From the NCBI GenBank assembly GCA_051313645.2, contig JBNRSN020000133.1:1302001-1366000 (forward strand): 64,000 nt of DNA, read 5' to 3'. Source of the stretch: Centroscyllium fabricii (lineage: Eukaryota). Shown here piece after piece: positions 21,293 through 33,989 of the stretch. Position 1 is the first letter of the stretch. Each line of letters starts with the position of its first letter. The translations under genes and the position numbers were made by a program. The notes under the pieces were generated by a model. It saw only the letters and a list, made by a program, of their open reading frames with translations. It was not told the DNA's origin and made no database searches.

Positions 21293-21610
21293 TGGACCCA
21301 GTGATGCCAAAGGTCCGCCTCCTGCCTCCATCGCCAGAGGAGATTCAAAGTATGACAGCCGCCAGTCTCACCTGTTTGATAAGAGGATTCTACCCAGACA
21401 ACATCTCCGTTTCCTGGGAGAAGGACGGAGCTGCTTTGAGCGCGAACGTCACACGTTTCCCCACTGCTCTTGAACAGGACCAGACCTTCAGCACAAGGAG
21501 CCTCCTCACTGTACCTTCAGCGGAATGGAAGAGAGGATCAGCATACACCTGCGCCGCCTCACACCCACCTTCACAATCCACCGTGAAGGGGACCATCATC
21601 AGCCCGAAAG
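21293..21610 (+). CDS. IgNAR: IgNAR constant domain C3 exon
   Basis: Acceptor TTACAG; VDPVMPKVRLLPPSPEEIQSMTAASLTCLIRGFYPDNISVSWEKDG...YTCAASHPPSQSTVKGTIISPK; donor G|GTAGG. Confidence 0.97.
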
Positions 21611-21924
21611 GTAGGGACATTTCCACAAATACATTCACACAATCAGCGTTTTGTACTTACATCTAAAGCCAACATTGAACAACAAAAGCCCCAGTGATCA
21701 GATCACTCTAGGTTACAGGTCTAACAAACCGTATGGACATCAATTAATGCGGCCTTAACTCACAGGCGGCAAGCAGACGATAACATGATCAGCACGCAAT
21801 ATGTGACCATGACGAGCTATGTGAGGACCAGTGATGAGAATGGGACAGGGTCAGGATTTGTTACCTTCACTGCACGGTATACTGGTGACCGTGGGCAATC
21901 TCTACACAACTACAGTTCTACAGG

Positions 21925-22495
21925 GCATTGGTGAGACCACACCTTATGTATTGTGTACAGTTTTGGTCGCCTTATATGAGGAAGGATGTTCTTCCCATGA
22001 AGGAGTGCAGCGAAGATTCACCAGACTGATACCTGGGATGGCAGGAACGACGTATGAGGAGAGATTGTGTCGATTGTGCTTATACTCGCTGGAGTTTAGA
22101 AGATTGAGGGGGGATCTCATTGAAACTTATAAAATTATAACAGGACTGGACAGACAAGATGCAGGAAGGATGTTCCCGATGGCCGGATAGTCCATACCCA
22201 ACTGTCAAAGTGTAACGATAATGGGTAAGCCATTTAGCATAGAAATGACGAGGAATTTCTTCACCCAGAGAGTGGTGAACCTGTGGAATTCTCTACCACA
22301 GAGGGCAGTAGAGGCCAATTCATTAAACATATTCAAGAAGGAGTTAGATATATTTCTTAAGCTAAAGGGATCAAGGGATATGGGGAGAAGGCAGGGACAG
22401 GAATTTGGATGATCATCCATGGTCGCATTGAATGGCGAAGCAGTCTCGAGGGGCCGAAATGCCTATTCCAGCTCTTATCTTCTGTTTCTATGTTT
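21925..22495 (+). mobile_element. CR1 LINE 3' end
   Basis: EGVQRRFTRLIPGMAG...RRLRGDLIETYKI and FFTQRVVNLWNSLP; tail TTCTGTTTCTATGTTTC. Confidence 0.9.
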
Positions 22496-23555
22496 CCAAA
22501 GACACAGCGTGCCTAACACTATGTGGGGATTTGACATTGCAGGGTGTTTGCTTCACTCTGGACTTCCTGACTTAGGTCTAGCACAACACTGAGTGGTTGC
22601 AGGCAGTGAACTAAAAGACAAAAGTAGCCAGTTCTCAGGGGGTGCAACCAATTGACGGGAGTATCTTTGTAGGTTTCAAGCATTCCAATCTTCTGAACTA
22701 CCAGCGTTAGACGTTACAGGAGAACACACATAATGTCTTCATGGTCTGAACCCAATTATGTGGCCTTCAGTTTTGATGATTATGCACTCCGCTCCTGTGG
22801 TTACTTTTTCATCACTAATTGTTTTTATTCAAACAAATCAACATGTTTGCACATTAATGGCCTCAGCAGTCCCGTGCTAGGGACGTGGAAGCAGTCAAAC
22901 GTCCCTATATCTCATGTTGGATTCCCGTTTTCTGCTGAGTTCGTTGATTTTACCTGGCTGTGTTCGGGACCTTGTTATCGGTCTCAGTGACCATTGATTC
23001 TCGAATTAGTAAAGTGCCTGGTTCTTTCCTGGTCTACAGTAACTGCGCCTGGGATCATTCTGGTGATGACACGGTAGGACTTGTCTGCGATGCCCTCGCG
23101 AAATAACAGCCAGCTGATACTGACCGTGTGCGCAGACTCACGCTGCATATTCAATTGGCTGAGGTACTGGAGGGTGACCAACAGATCTGAAACAGCAGTA
23201 AGGAAATAAGAGAATAGACAAGGCCCATACTGACTGTGTGCGCGAACTCACAATCGGCTGAGATACCAGAGGGCGACCAACAGATCTCAAACATCAGTGA
23301 GGAATGGAGAGGACACTAGAGTGCAAATACTGCTGTTAGGTGCAATCACAAACACTTAATACTCGAGCTCCTCCGGCTGCTAAGCACCTGTTCAGTGTAA
23401 TGGCGAGACCTGCACATTAAGAAGCCTCCATGTTCCACCGCCGGTTATCGCTAAATGAACTGATCTCAACTTTGGGCATTTTGGAATTTGCAGTGGCCAA
23501 GGCACATCCGGTTCAGTGAGCAAACACCCGCTCTTTTCTCTTCCTCCTATGTAAT

Positions 23556-24058
23556 GAGGCCTGGTGGCAGTCGACATGTGTACTGCTCTGCTGAGGGAGG
23601 ACTGGACGGGGCTCTGAGGAGGCCTGGTGGAAGTTCCTGTGTTTACAGATCTGCTGGGGGAGGACTGGACGGGGCTGTGATGAGGCCTGCTGGAGGTTTG
23701 TGTGTTTACAGCTCTGCTCGGGGAGGACTGGACGGGGCTCTGAGGAGGCCTGCTGGAAATCACTGTGTTTACAGCTCTGCTCGGGGAGGACTGGACGAGG
23801 CTCTGAGGAGGCCTGTTGGAAGTTCCTGTGATTACAGCTCTGCTGGCGGAGGACTGGTCGTGGCTCTGAGGAGGCCTGTTGGAAGTTCCTGTGATTACAG
23901 CTCTGCTGGCGGAGGACTGGACGGGGCTCTGGGGAGGCCTGGGGGAAGTCGACATGTTTACACCGCTGCTGGAGGAGGACTGGGCGGGTCTCGGAGGAGG
24001 CCTGGTGGCAGTCGACATGTTTACAGCTCTGCTGGAAGAGGACTGGGCGGGTCTCTGA
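23556..24058 (+). repeat. G-rich 63-bp minisatellite, ~8 units, in the C3-C4 intron
   Basis: GAGGCCTGGTGGAAGTTCCTGTGTTTACAGCTCTGCTGGCGGAGGACTGGACGGGGCTCTGAG repeats with period 63 (GGCCT at 23558, 23621...). Confidence 0.95.
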
Positions 24059-24663
24059 TAATTTCACTGTGGAATAGGCTGTTGATACTCGCTCTATCTG
24101 CGGATCCACTAAGAATGGTCACTTGAGACAGATACTCAAGGCGACCATCGTCAGTGGAGCCTGTGCCTGTGTAACAACAACAACAGGCATTTAATTAGCA
24201 ACTTTAAGATCCTCGTGCCATTTCAGAGTTGTAAGTAAACCGACAGGAAATGAATGTAAAGTTGCCCATTCTCTTTATTTTAGAAGAGTGGGGTGAAGAT
24301 TTCATTGATGGAATCAGCCCATTTCCTATAAGTGAAACGTCTGCTGCTGATTGCTTCAAAGTAGCTCCGTTTTTAAACTCGGTTTACTGGTTAAACCTGT
24401 TGAGTTGAGCCATTTTATTGCAACCAGCCATCTGACATTCTCATTTCTTCTCACCCTCCTATTTTTAACTGCCAAAGGATAGTAATATTTTGCAATGAAC
24501 ATACCGCCAAACACCTTCAAAAAGGAGTAACCTTGTAACATACACTGTGAAATATGTCCCACTGCGTTATGAAGGGATGGCAACTGAACACGATTCAATC
24601 AGGGGTCCCAGTAGAAAGGAACATGTGTGTGTTGGGGAGAGGAGAGAATGGAAGTGATTCATC

Positions 24664-24973
24664 GAATCATAGAATCACTACAGTGCAGATAGAGGCTATT
24701 TCGGCCCATCAAGCCTGCACCAACACATATCCCAACTTATCCCCGTACCCCCACATATTTAATCGCCCTAACACTAAGTATCAATTTAACCTGGCCAATC
24801 AACATAACCCGCACATCTTTGGACTATGGGAGGAAACCGGAGCACCCTGAGGAATCCCACGCAGACACGGGGAGAATGTGCAAACTCCACACAGATAAGT
24901 CCCCCGAGGCCGGATTTGAACCCGGGCCCCTGGCGCTTTGAGGCAACAGTGCTACCCAGTATGCCATCGTGCC
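24664..24973 (-). mobile_element. HE1-type V-SINE
   Basis: Reverse-complement V-domain and tRNA head. Confidence 0.85.
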
Positions 24974-26162
24974 TGACTGATTATAATCAGTAAGGCAACA
25001 GCTTTTACAGCACCCCCAGAACATGCGTGAGTTGGGGAGAGGGGAGAATGGAATTGATCAGTCCGGCAACAGCTTATACAACACTCCCCCCGGAGCATTG
25101 CCATCACTGAGGCCAATTTTAGCATAAGATTTCAAAAAAAAATTACAATGTTGGACTTGTGCAATGACACGTCACTTTGGCCCACTCTGGGACTGTTGGG
25201 AATTTCAGGGTTGCCGTCCTCGGGAATATAATGAAAGTGGCGTCTATCATTTTCAAGTAATGCATTGATCTGTTAGTCAGAACAAAGGGGGGCATTGTTC
25301 ATTCGTTTAGATTTGTTTGTCATGCACCAATAAAGGAACGATTTCAACGTCCAGAGGACCATTTTACTTTAAACTGAAGGCATGTTTTACAATTTCTGGG
25401 ATTAATTCCCTTTCAGTTGTCAAGGTACGGATACTAGAGATGACCATCCCATTGTCACTGATGTCAATAGCGAGCAATTCCGGTCAGATATCTCATGGTA
25501 AAAATATCGGTTGTCTCAGTTTACACACTTCAAACAATGGTGTATTTACCCTCAGCCTTCGCAACAGCGCTCCGTCCAAGGCCTGAGTGGCTGTTCCTAT
25601 GATGCTTCTAAACACATTCCAATCTCTAAGTGAGACAGCGGAATCGGAGTCAAATGATGCAGAACATTTGCAGCTTGGTGCTGATGCTGTGGGCATGTAT
25701 CCATTCAATGGTCAGACCAGGATAAGCTCATTTCAGACCCATCCACTAAGGCTGCAAAAGAGAGGTCGTTTAGTCACTTTAGATTAGCTGAATTGGAACC
25801 CGTCACATGCAGCCCACAGGCCAGCGTTTGCCCTCCAGCATTAGTCACTCTGATGGGTGAAGATTTCCATCACGGGAGCGGGGATAATTAGCCCCCATTA
25901 AAAATCCCAGGCAGGGCAATAATCGAGCTGTGGCATAAATGATCGGAAATACTATCGAGGACATCACCAAAGAACCGGAGGGACGAAACCAATGAGTGCA
26001 GAAGGGCGGCGTGCCATCTTATTAGCTGAGCAGACATAAACTGGAAAAGTCAGAAGTCACTACAGTAAGTGGAATTATTTAACATCTCTGAGTGGGTTGC
26101 GTTTGTTGTTACCCGAGGGTTCAACATGACTATTTGAAATATCCACTCCCTCTTATTTCCAG

Positions 26163-26483
26163 ATGATTGTCGTGAGCCTGACATCTCGGTCAATATACTG
26201 AACCCTCCCTTTGAAGAGATTTGGACCAAACGGACAGCCACCATTGTTTGTGAAGTTGTTTACAGCGATTTGGAGAACGTCAGCGTGTCCTGGCAAGTGG
26301 ATGGGATTGGGAGAGCGGAAGGAGTCGAGACTGGTGCCCCAGAGTGGAGTGGGAGTAAATCCGCCATCGTTAGTAAACTGAAAGTCACCAGTGCAGAGTG
26401 GGACAGCGGGGTTGACTTTCTCTGCTTCGTAGAAGACAGTGAATTGCCCACACCAGTGAAAGTCTCCACTAGAAAAGTAAAGG
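26163..26483 (+). CDS. IgNAR: IgNAR constant domain C4 exon
   Basis: Acceptor TTTCCAG; DDCREPDISVNILNPPFEEIWTKRTATIVCEVVYSDLENVSVSWQVDG...FLCFVEDSELPTPVKVSTRKVK; extra N-terminal Cys; donor G|GTAAG. Confidence 0.96.
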
Positions 26484-26911
26484 GTAAGCAAAGATAATAC
26501 TCGTTAAGGCACTGATTCGGTGACCAATGGTTGGAACGAACCATTCGGCCCTTACAATAAATACTCATATAGTCAGAGAAATATAATCTGGGATCACCTG
26601 CCATTCACCACACGGGTACAGACTCGCAAGAAAATATAAACCGTTTGAAACTGTTGCGTTCCAACAGTGCCAGTGATTTTTAAATATGAGATTTTCTCCA
26701 ACTCGTTACAAACTAACATCAGACCACAATACAACAACTAAAGAAGGAGCATTAAGGACATCCCTGAGCACACAGACTAATGTGCAAACTCTCACAGATT
26801 GGAAACAATTTAAAATGCCCAAGTGTGAAATATCATTGACAGAGAGTGTGATGGGAAATGGAGATTGGACAAGAGACAGACTCAGTTTAACAAATATTTT
26901 TCTCTTTCCAG

Positions 26912-27294
26912 TTGGGGAAATGTATCCTCCTAAAGTCTACGTCCTACATCCATCGGTGGACGAGATTGACACTGAAAAGACGGCTACCCTGGTGTGTCTG
27001 GCCACCGGGTTTTACCCTGCCGAGATTTACATCGCTTGGATGGCCAATGACACCCTTCTGCATTCAGCTTCCCCGAGCCAGGTGGACACCGAGAAGACAA
27101 ACGGTTCCAGCTCAAATGTCAGCAGAATGAGACTGACGGCGGCGGAGTGGACCAGCGGGACCACTTACTCCTGTTTAGTGGGACACCCTTCCCTCACAAT
27201 GAATTTAATCAGAAGTATAAATAAATCTCACGGTAAACCTACTTTAGTGAATGTTACACTTGTTCTAACCGACAGTTTTACATCGTGTACATAA
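26912..27294 (+). CDS. IgNAR: IgNAR constant domain C5 exon plus secretory tail (tail 27233-27294; internal donor after 27232 for the TM form)
   Basis: Acceptor TTTCCAG; VGEMYPPKVYVLHPSVDEIDTEKTATLVCLATGFYP...YSCLVGHPSL...NKSH G|GTAAAC; tail GKPTLVNVTLVLTDSFTSCT* with an NVT sequon and penultimate Cys. Confidence 0.97.
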
Positions 27295-27619
27295 CCTCCC
27301 GGGTTTGAGTCGCTGCTTCCTACAGAAGTGTTTCCGCTGTCCTGTTCATCACTATATGAGCACCTGAATCAGCGAATCTCCCATTTACCCAATCTCACTG
27401 TCACCCTCCAGATCAGAGAGCGATTGTTGAGATATTTCACTAATATAAGAAACTATATCAGTCAATGATGGAGTAATAAGTTTTAAATCTGAAAACCACC
27501 AATAACCATAGTGCCGTTTATACAAGTTGCAACATTTTTGTAGATCCCTTGTGTGTTCAGTGACGCTATTGGATAAATAGGAAATGGCGCTTTAGTCTGT
27601 ATGTGGCTCCGCTAATTGC

Positions 27620-27675
27620 AATAAATGCAGAATGAAAACCTCTGTCTTCCAGAATCTTTGTTTGTGTGCGTTTTA
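27620..27675 (+). terminator. Secretory-form polyadenylation signal
   Basis: AATAAA at 27620-27625 followed ~30 nt later by a GT-rich element TCTTTGTTTGTGTGCGTTTT. Confidence 0.8.
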
Positions 27676-27949
27676 TCCCCGTGATGATGGTTTACAACTT
27701 GTTCCAGATATAACTGATGTCCCTTGTCTTATATTGTACCTGTGCAGCACATTTGCATTCCTCAGTGGTTAGACACATTACGGCGGCTTTCAATCCGGTT
27801 GCACTAATCCACACGATTATTGGCAGATTCCGGAGCTCCTGTGATTTGCAATTGGCCAAAGAGTTATCTACTTGTAGAACGGAGTAAATAAAGGTGGACG
27901 AACATCCGGTCACATTTTAGAACGCCAAATGATCGTCAAGTTTTCTAAT

Positions 27950-29040
27950 TGCCTGGTGCCCCGCTTACATATCCAGTGTTAGAGACTATTTCCTGCAGTG
28001 GCGTCTCTTCCAGCTCCCTCACCATTATGCCGCGAGTCTCCAGAGGATCTATCGCTGCTGCCCATCTAATTCTGATCTACACGGTGCCACTCAGTGACAT
28101 CACCCAAAATCTGAGTCCACATGTCGGCTGATGGCACCCAGCTCGACCTCACCCTCACCTCTCTCAATCCTGCCACTGCCTTTGGTTTGTGACGGTTTTT
28201 GTCCGACATCCAGAATTGGATGAGCAGAGATTTCCTCTCATTAAATATGGGAAGACGGAAGCCATGCTCTTCAAACTGCGTCACAAACTCCATTTCCCAG
28301 CGACGGACTCCAGCTCGGTCCCTGACATTTGTCCGAGGCTGAACCAGACTGTTTGCAAACTTGGCATCATAACTGACCCTGAACTGAGCTTCCGACCATG
28401 TCCTGTCCGCCACCATGACCACCTACTTCCACCTCAGTAATAGCGCCTGTGGCTGACCCTGTCCCATCTCATCTGCTGCTGATTCACTTTCCAGAGTCGA
28501 CCATTCTAACACACCCCTGGCTGGCCATCTACCCTTTACCTCCTTTAAACTTGAGCTCGTCCAAAACTATGCTGCCCATATCCTAAATCGCACCAACTCC
28601 AATTCAGTCATCACCCATATGCTCACTAAATTACTTTGGCTCCTGGTCTGGCAATGCGTCAGTTGTAAAATGCTTATCCATGATTACAATGACTCCAAGG
28701 CCACACCCCTCCGCTTAAGCGCCATCATCCTAATTTCCTCAGAGATCCTTGCGTTCCTCCATATCTGGCCATGTGTGGTTTCCATCACCCACCATTGGTA
28801 TGTGCGCCTTCAGCGCTCTAGGTCCTGAGCTCTGAAATGTTCTCCATAAACATCTGTGCCTCTCTCCGTCTCTCCCTTCAGACGCTCCTTGCAGCCTACC
28901 ACTTTGACCAAGCTTTTGCTTACCTGCTATAATATCTCCTTATTTGGCTTGGTGTCAAATGATGTTTGAGTGCGCTCCTTTGAAGCGTCTTCGCCAATTT
29001 GCAACGTTAAAGATGCTGTATGAATGCAACTTGATGTTGT
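27950..29040 (+). mobile_element. Degenerate L2 LINE fragment
   Basis: ADGTQL-like RT end, KYGKTEAM, LGIITDPELSF-like segments and an L2 tail (TGAAGCGTCTT...AATGCAACTTG). Confidence 0.75.
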
Positions 29041-30035
29041 ATTGGACTATCAGTCTGCAATTTCCAGTGGTGTCATTTCCAAGGGATTTCTGGGATTTGG
29101 AAATATCCTCTTATCAAATTAGTGTCAGCTTGGTTCATTGGCAGCTACCTTGCTTCTGGATCAGAAGGTTGTTAGTTGAAGCTCCTCTCAAGGACCTCGA
29201 CCCATAATCGTGGCTGGCAATCCAGTGCAAATAATCGCGGGGTTTCTGCATTGCCAAGGGTGCGCTTTTCCGGATGAGAAACCTTTTGTGGCATTGGGAC
29301 CTACTGAAGTCCTGAAAGGCGAACTATGATGTAGAATCTACATTTCCTATCAGGATCAGTAAAATCACAGGACAGGGAGAAGCACATATATGGCCTGTTT
29401 ATCCACTGGGAAGCTGAGCCACATAAACCAAGAATATTCGAAGGGGATCCTAGTTTATAGTGTATCAGCTGATCCGATCCTTTCCTCATTGGTGACGCTG
29501 AATTTTCCTCCAATGCGAAAATAAGCCGTTATTTAGTGTGTTCTCTGAATCTTCATAAGCATAGGTCTGTCCACATAGAAGACCCACATTCTCAAATCGT
29601 GCTGAATCAATAACATGGTAGCACGAATAGTCTGTAATATAAACACAGTATGTGCATTTGACCCATGCTTTATGGCAATGAGAATCCGCCCGTTATCTGC
29701 AGTTGGTAATAACAGCGAACTGGCCACAGAATCAATTTTTAGCTCAGGCGCATCTAAACGTGCAAATGCTGAAGTTGTTGTCAGTTATTCAGTGCTCGGA
29801 CACTGGCTGAACTGCGCTGGCAATCAGTGTAATCATTGTAATCAATGTAATCAATGAAAGTGGCAACAAGGATGGCCTTTTCCGCGGTAGGACTGCTGTT
29901 TAACATCACATTAAATGTTAAACGTGGTTGGAATATTTTTAACTGGGGTGTCAACACATAATTGACTGCTAAACTTCCGTTCTGTGCTTGTATTTTATTT
30001 TACATTTGTAGAGTGTCAAATTTCTCCATTATGAT

Positions 30036-30723
30036 GGGCAGCACGGTGGCATAGTGGTTAGCCCTGTTGCCTTACAGCACTAGAGACCCGGGGTCAAATC
30101 CAGCCTCGGGTACTATCTGCGTGGAGTTTGCACATTCTCCCTGTGTCTGCGTGGGTTTCCTCCGGCTGCTCCGGTTTCCTCCCACAGTCCAAAGATGTGC
30201 GGGTTAGGTTGATTGGCCAAGATAAATTGACCCTTAGTGTTAGGGGGATTGAAGATGTCGGGTTACGGGGATAGGGTGGGATATGTGTCGGTGCTGGCTC
30301 GATAGGGATCGAGAGATATGGCGACAAGGCAGGGACAGGGTACTGGGTTTGGATGATCAGCCATGATCACACTGAATGGCGAAGCAGGCTCGAAGGGCTC
30401 AATGGCCTACTCCTGCTCCTATCTTCTATGTTTCTATGTTGCCTCACAGTGCTTGGGGCCCGGGTTCAAATCCTGCGTTGGTAATATCTGTGTGGAGTTT
30501 GCACATTCTCCCCGTGTCTGCGTGGGTTTCGTCCGGGTGCTCCGGTTTCCTCCCACAGTCTAAAGATGTGCGGTTTTGGTTGATTGGCCAGGATAATTTG
30601 ACCCTTAGTGTTAGCGGGATTAAATATGTGGGGTTACGGGGATAGGGTGGAATATGTGTAGTTGCAGGCTCGAGAGGCCGAAATGGCCTCTATCTGCACA
30701 GTAGGAATTCTATGATTCTATGA
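30036..30723 (+). mobile_element. Two tandem HE1-type V-SINEs (30036-30440 full; 30441-30723 5'-truncated)
   Basis: Two consecutive V-domains, each with its own tail. Confidence 0.9.
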
Positions 30724-31181
30724 TAAAAATGAAATTTAATAAAAAAACGGTAGAAAATTTAAAGCTTTGTCATGCCATTGCAGCTTCTAAATTATTCCCA
30801 TGTGAGACTTCCAATCTTTGTTTCACTGTCTATAACATTTGTTTAACTTGCGGATAAAAGCAGATTCCCATTTTCTGGTTTGGGGACTGAGAATTGCTCA
30901 ATGTGATTGGCTGCTCAGACACATTGTTGACGTCACTGCAATCAAATGCAGGGCGAAGAAGGCAAACATCTCGCAGCTTCTTAGGGAACAACGGCGAACA
31001 CCTTGGCTTCGCTGATGACAACACATTTTCGGGCCGCTAATAACAATCAATAAAGCAGAGAATTGTAGAAGTGATATATCTCGTCAGTAATCCGAAACCT
31101 AAGAGTATGGGAGCGCCAGCATCGTGAGCCATAACTAAATGTAATGACAGTGGGGGTCTAACGCTCTGTGTAGATAATAAT

Positions 31182-31549
31182 CTTACAGCAGTAGAGACCC
31201 GGGTTCAAATCCAGCCTCGGGTACTATCTGTGTGGAGTTTGCACATTCTCCCCGTGTCTGCGTGGGTTTCCTCCGGGTGCTCCGGTTTCCTCCCACAGTC
31301 CAAAGATGTGCGGGTTAGGTTGCTTGGCCAGGGTAAATTGACCATCAGTGTTAGGGGGATTGAATATGTGTGGTTACGGGGATAGGGTGGGATATGTGTC
31401 GGTGCAGGCTCGAGAGGGATCGAGGGATACGGGAAGAAAGCAGGGACAGGGTACTGTGTTTGGATGATCAGCCATGATCTCATTGAATGGCGGAGCAGGT
31501 TCGAAGGGCCGAATGGCCTACTCCTGCTCCTATCTTCTATGTTTCTATG
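31182..31549 (+). mobile_element. HE1-type V-SINE, 5'-truncated
   Basis: V-domain and CR1-type tail. Confidence 0.9.
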
Positions 31550-32138
31550 ATGTAAAATAGTTCCACGTCAAACAATGGAATGCCTTTCTTAGAACTTCTC
31601 TGTATTTAAGACTAACCTTTGTTATTATATGTCAATGTGTTTCCACCGTCCAAAATAAATTGCGCTGATCAGACACAATTACATCTTTAGCCCGAAATGT
31701 GACACTGCCCCGTTTTACTGGTGATCTCTTATATCAGTTTAGCAGGCGGAGTGCAAGTGATTTAATCATATATAATCAGCCCACTCTTCTGTTCAGAGTG
31801 GAGTCGAGTTTCATTATTTTTCTAAGTTTGTCAGCGTCATTAAGCCTTTTGAAGATAAAACGGTTTGATATATGTGCCGTATAAGGTCAATCCTCTCTCC
31901 TGTATACTTTGCCTAACCCACTGTCAGCATAAAACAAGCGTTTACCCAGTGTGCTGAAAATCACTTTCATCCACATCGAGTTGGTTAATGTATGAACTAC
32001 ATGTTCATGTTCTGTCAGTTCAACATCGAATGCACCATGTCCCTCGCGACTGCTGGGTTCGTGTTATTACACCGCCTTTCCATCGATTCTGATTTCAACA
32101 TGAACACATTTATAACAATATCCATCTATTGATTCTAG

Positions 32139-32287
32139 GAACACCTTCAATATGTGAAGATCCAGGTGAGCAGGAGATAGAGGAGGAACACCTGGATGAC
32201 GTTGCCGACACTGCAGCCACCGTGATCGCTCTCGTCATCCTGTTCATTCTCAGTATCCTGTACAGCACATTTGCAACCGTCATTAAG
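32139..32287 (+). CDS. IgNAR: IgNAR transmembrane exon TM1
   Basis: Acceptor TTCTAG (phase 1); GTPSICEDPGEQEIEEEHLDDVADTAATVIALVILFILSILYSTFATVIK has an acidic spacer with Cys and the antigen-receptor TM motif LF..S..YST..T..K; phase-0 donor AAG|GTAATA. Confidence 0.95.
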
Positions 32288-33344
32288 GTAATACCGACCT
32301 TCAATAGCATACTGTCACTGTGCAAATTCATTGGAAAGTTGACTTCATACCTTCGTTATAGTTAAGGTGCAATTATTCAAATATAAGCATAAATCCTACC
32401 GTCCACACAGTGTCAGATTGCACTTCATTAGTCGCTCCCATGTGATTCACTGACACAATAAGCCTGCTGAATATGATGACATAACACAGGCATGTAGAGA
32501 GAGATTAGTGGAACATATTAGCAGCATAAAATATCAATGATGGAAAGTATTATGAAAGCAACCTCGTGTAATGATAGGAAAATTGATTTATTTAAACACC
32601 TTTGTAAAAATTGGGATAAATAAGGATATTTCTAACGTCTAGAAAGCAAACCAATTGGAAATTGATGGAATCACGACCGCCATCTCTGAGGATTCTGCAG
32701 GAACCCGACCACCAGAACTCTAGCCCTGAACAAAAATTGTAATATTTGATATTTAATATGTTAAACAGCTTATGCTTGCATGCAGTTCCGTGTGATCTAT
32801 TGTTTCCTAACAAATTTCGTTGCACACATTTATAACTGAAACTGTCGATGTAAAATTTGTCACGCTGTAATGAGACCCTCCAGTCACTGGGGGATCTGTA
32901 GAAGCCCAGATTTTTTTAAATCCATTGATGGGATGTGGGCGTCGCTGGCTGGCTAGTCCTGCATTTAGTGCCCATCCCTAATTGCTCTTGAGAAGATGGT
33001 GGTGAGCCGCCTTCTTGAACCGCTGCAGTCCATATTGTTTTTCGTAGTGGTTGTTTACAACGGAATGGGTTGACAGGCCATTTCAGAGGGCATTAAGAGT
33101 CAACCACATTGCTGTCTGTCTGGAGTCACATGTAGGCCAGACCAGGTAAGGACGATTCCTTCCCTAAAGACATTAGTGAACCAGATGGGTCGCACGGATA
33201 ACCAGCCTGTACTGCAGATCAACTCCAAACAGCACGAGTTCTCCAACTGTTGCTAGTTTGATTCTATTTAGCAATGATTGTGACATAAAATCAAAATACT
33301 TATTAAACAGAAGGACAGACTGCATGCCTGAAAATGTAGACTGG

Positions 33345-33980
33345 AATGTTACCATGCTTTGTCCAATTATTATCCGATGCTAAAACATTCATCCATGCCT
33401 TTGTTACCTCAAAACTTTATTATTCCAACGCACTCCTGGCTGGCCTCCCACATGCCACCCTATATAAACTTCAAATCATTCAAAACTCTGCTGCCCAAAG
33501 CCTGAGTCGCAACAAGTCCCGTTCAACCATCACCCCTGTGCTCACTGATGTACATTGGCTCCCGGTTAAATAGAGCCTCGATTTCAAAATTCCCATCCTT
33601 GTGTTCAAATCCCTCCAGGGCCTCGCCCCTCCCTGTCTCTGTAATCTCCTTCAGCCTCACAACTGCCCCAAATATTGGCGTTCCTCTAATTCTGCCCTCT
33701 AGTGTCCTTGATTATAATGGGCCAACCATTGGTGGCCGTGCTTTCAGTTGCCAAGGCCCGAAGTTCTGAAATACCCTCCCCAATTCTCTCCGCCTCTCTA
33801 CCACTCTTTGCTCCTTTAAGACGCTCCTTAAAACCGACGAGTTTGATAAAGATTTGGGTCATCTCATTTCTCATTAAGTGGCTCGATGTCAGTTGTTTTG
33901 TCTTATAATACACCTGTGCAGCGCCTTGGGACGTTTTAATATATTAAAGGCGCTTTAAAATGCAAGTTGTTGTTGTTGAT
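33345..33980 (+). mobile_element. L2 LINE 3' fragment
   Basis: AKTFIHAFVTSKLYYSNALLAGLP...LQIIQNSAA...ITPVLTDVHWLPV is a classic L2 ORF2 C-terminus; L2 tail present. Confidence 0.9.
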
Positions 33981-33989
33981 ATTGTTGTC

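Noticed and set aside
23392-24126. ~200-aa Ser/Pro-rich or Gly-rich ORFs (possible mucin-like hinge exon)
   Set aside because: Products of the 63-bp array, open in multiple frames; no convincing phase-1 splice pair identified.
30036-30110. tRNA-like A/B boxes as tRNA genes
   Set aside because: These are SINE heads followed by the V-domain and a LINE-derived tail.
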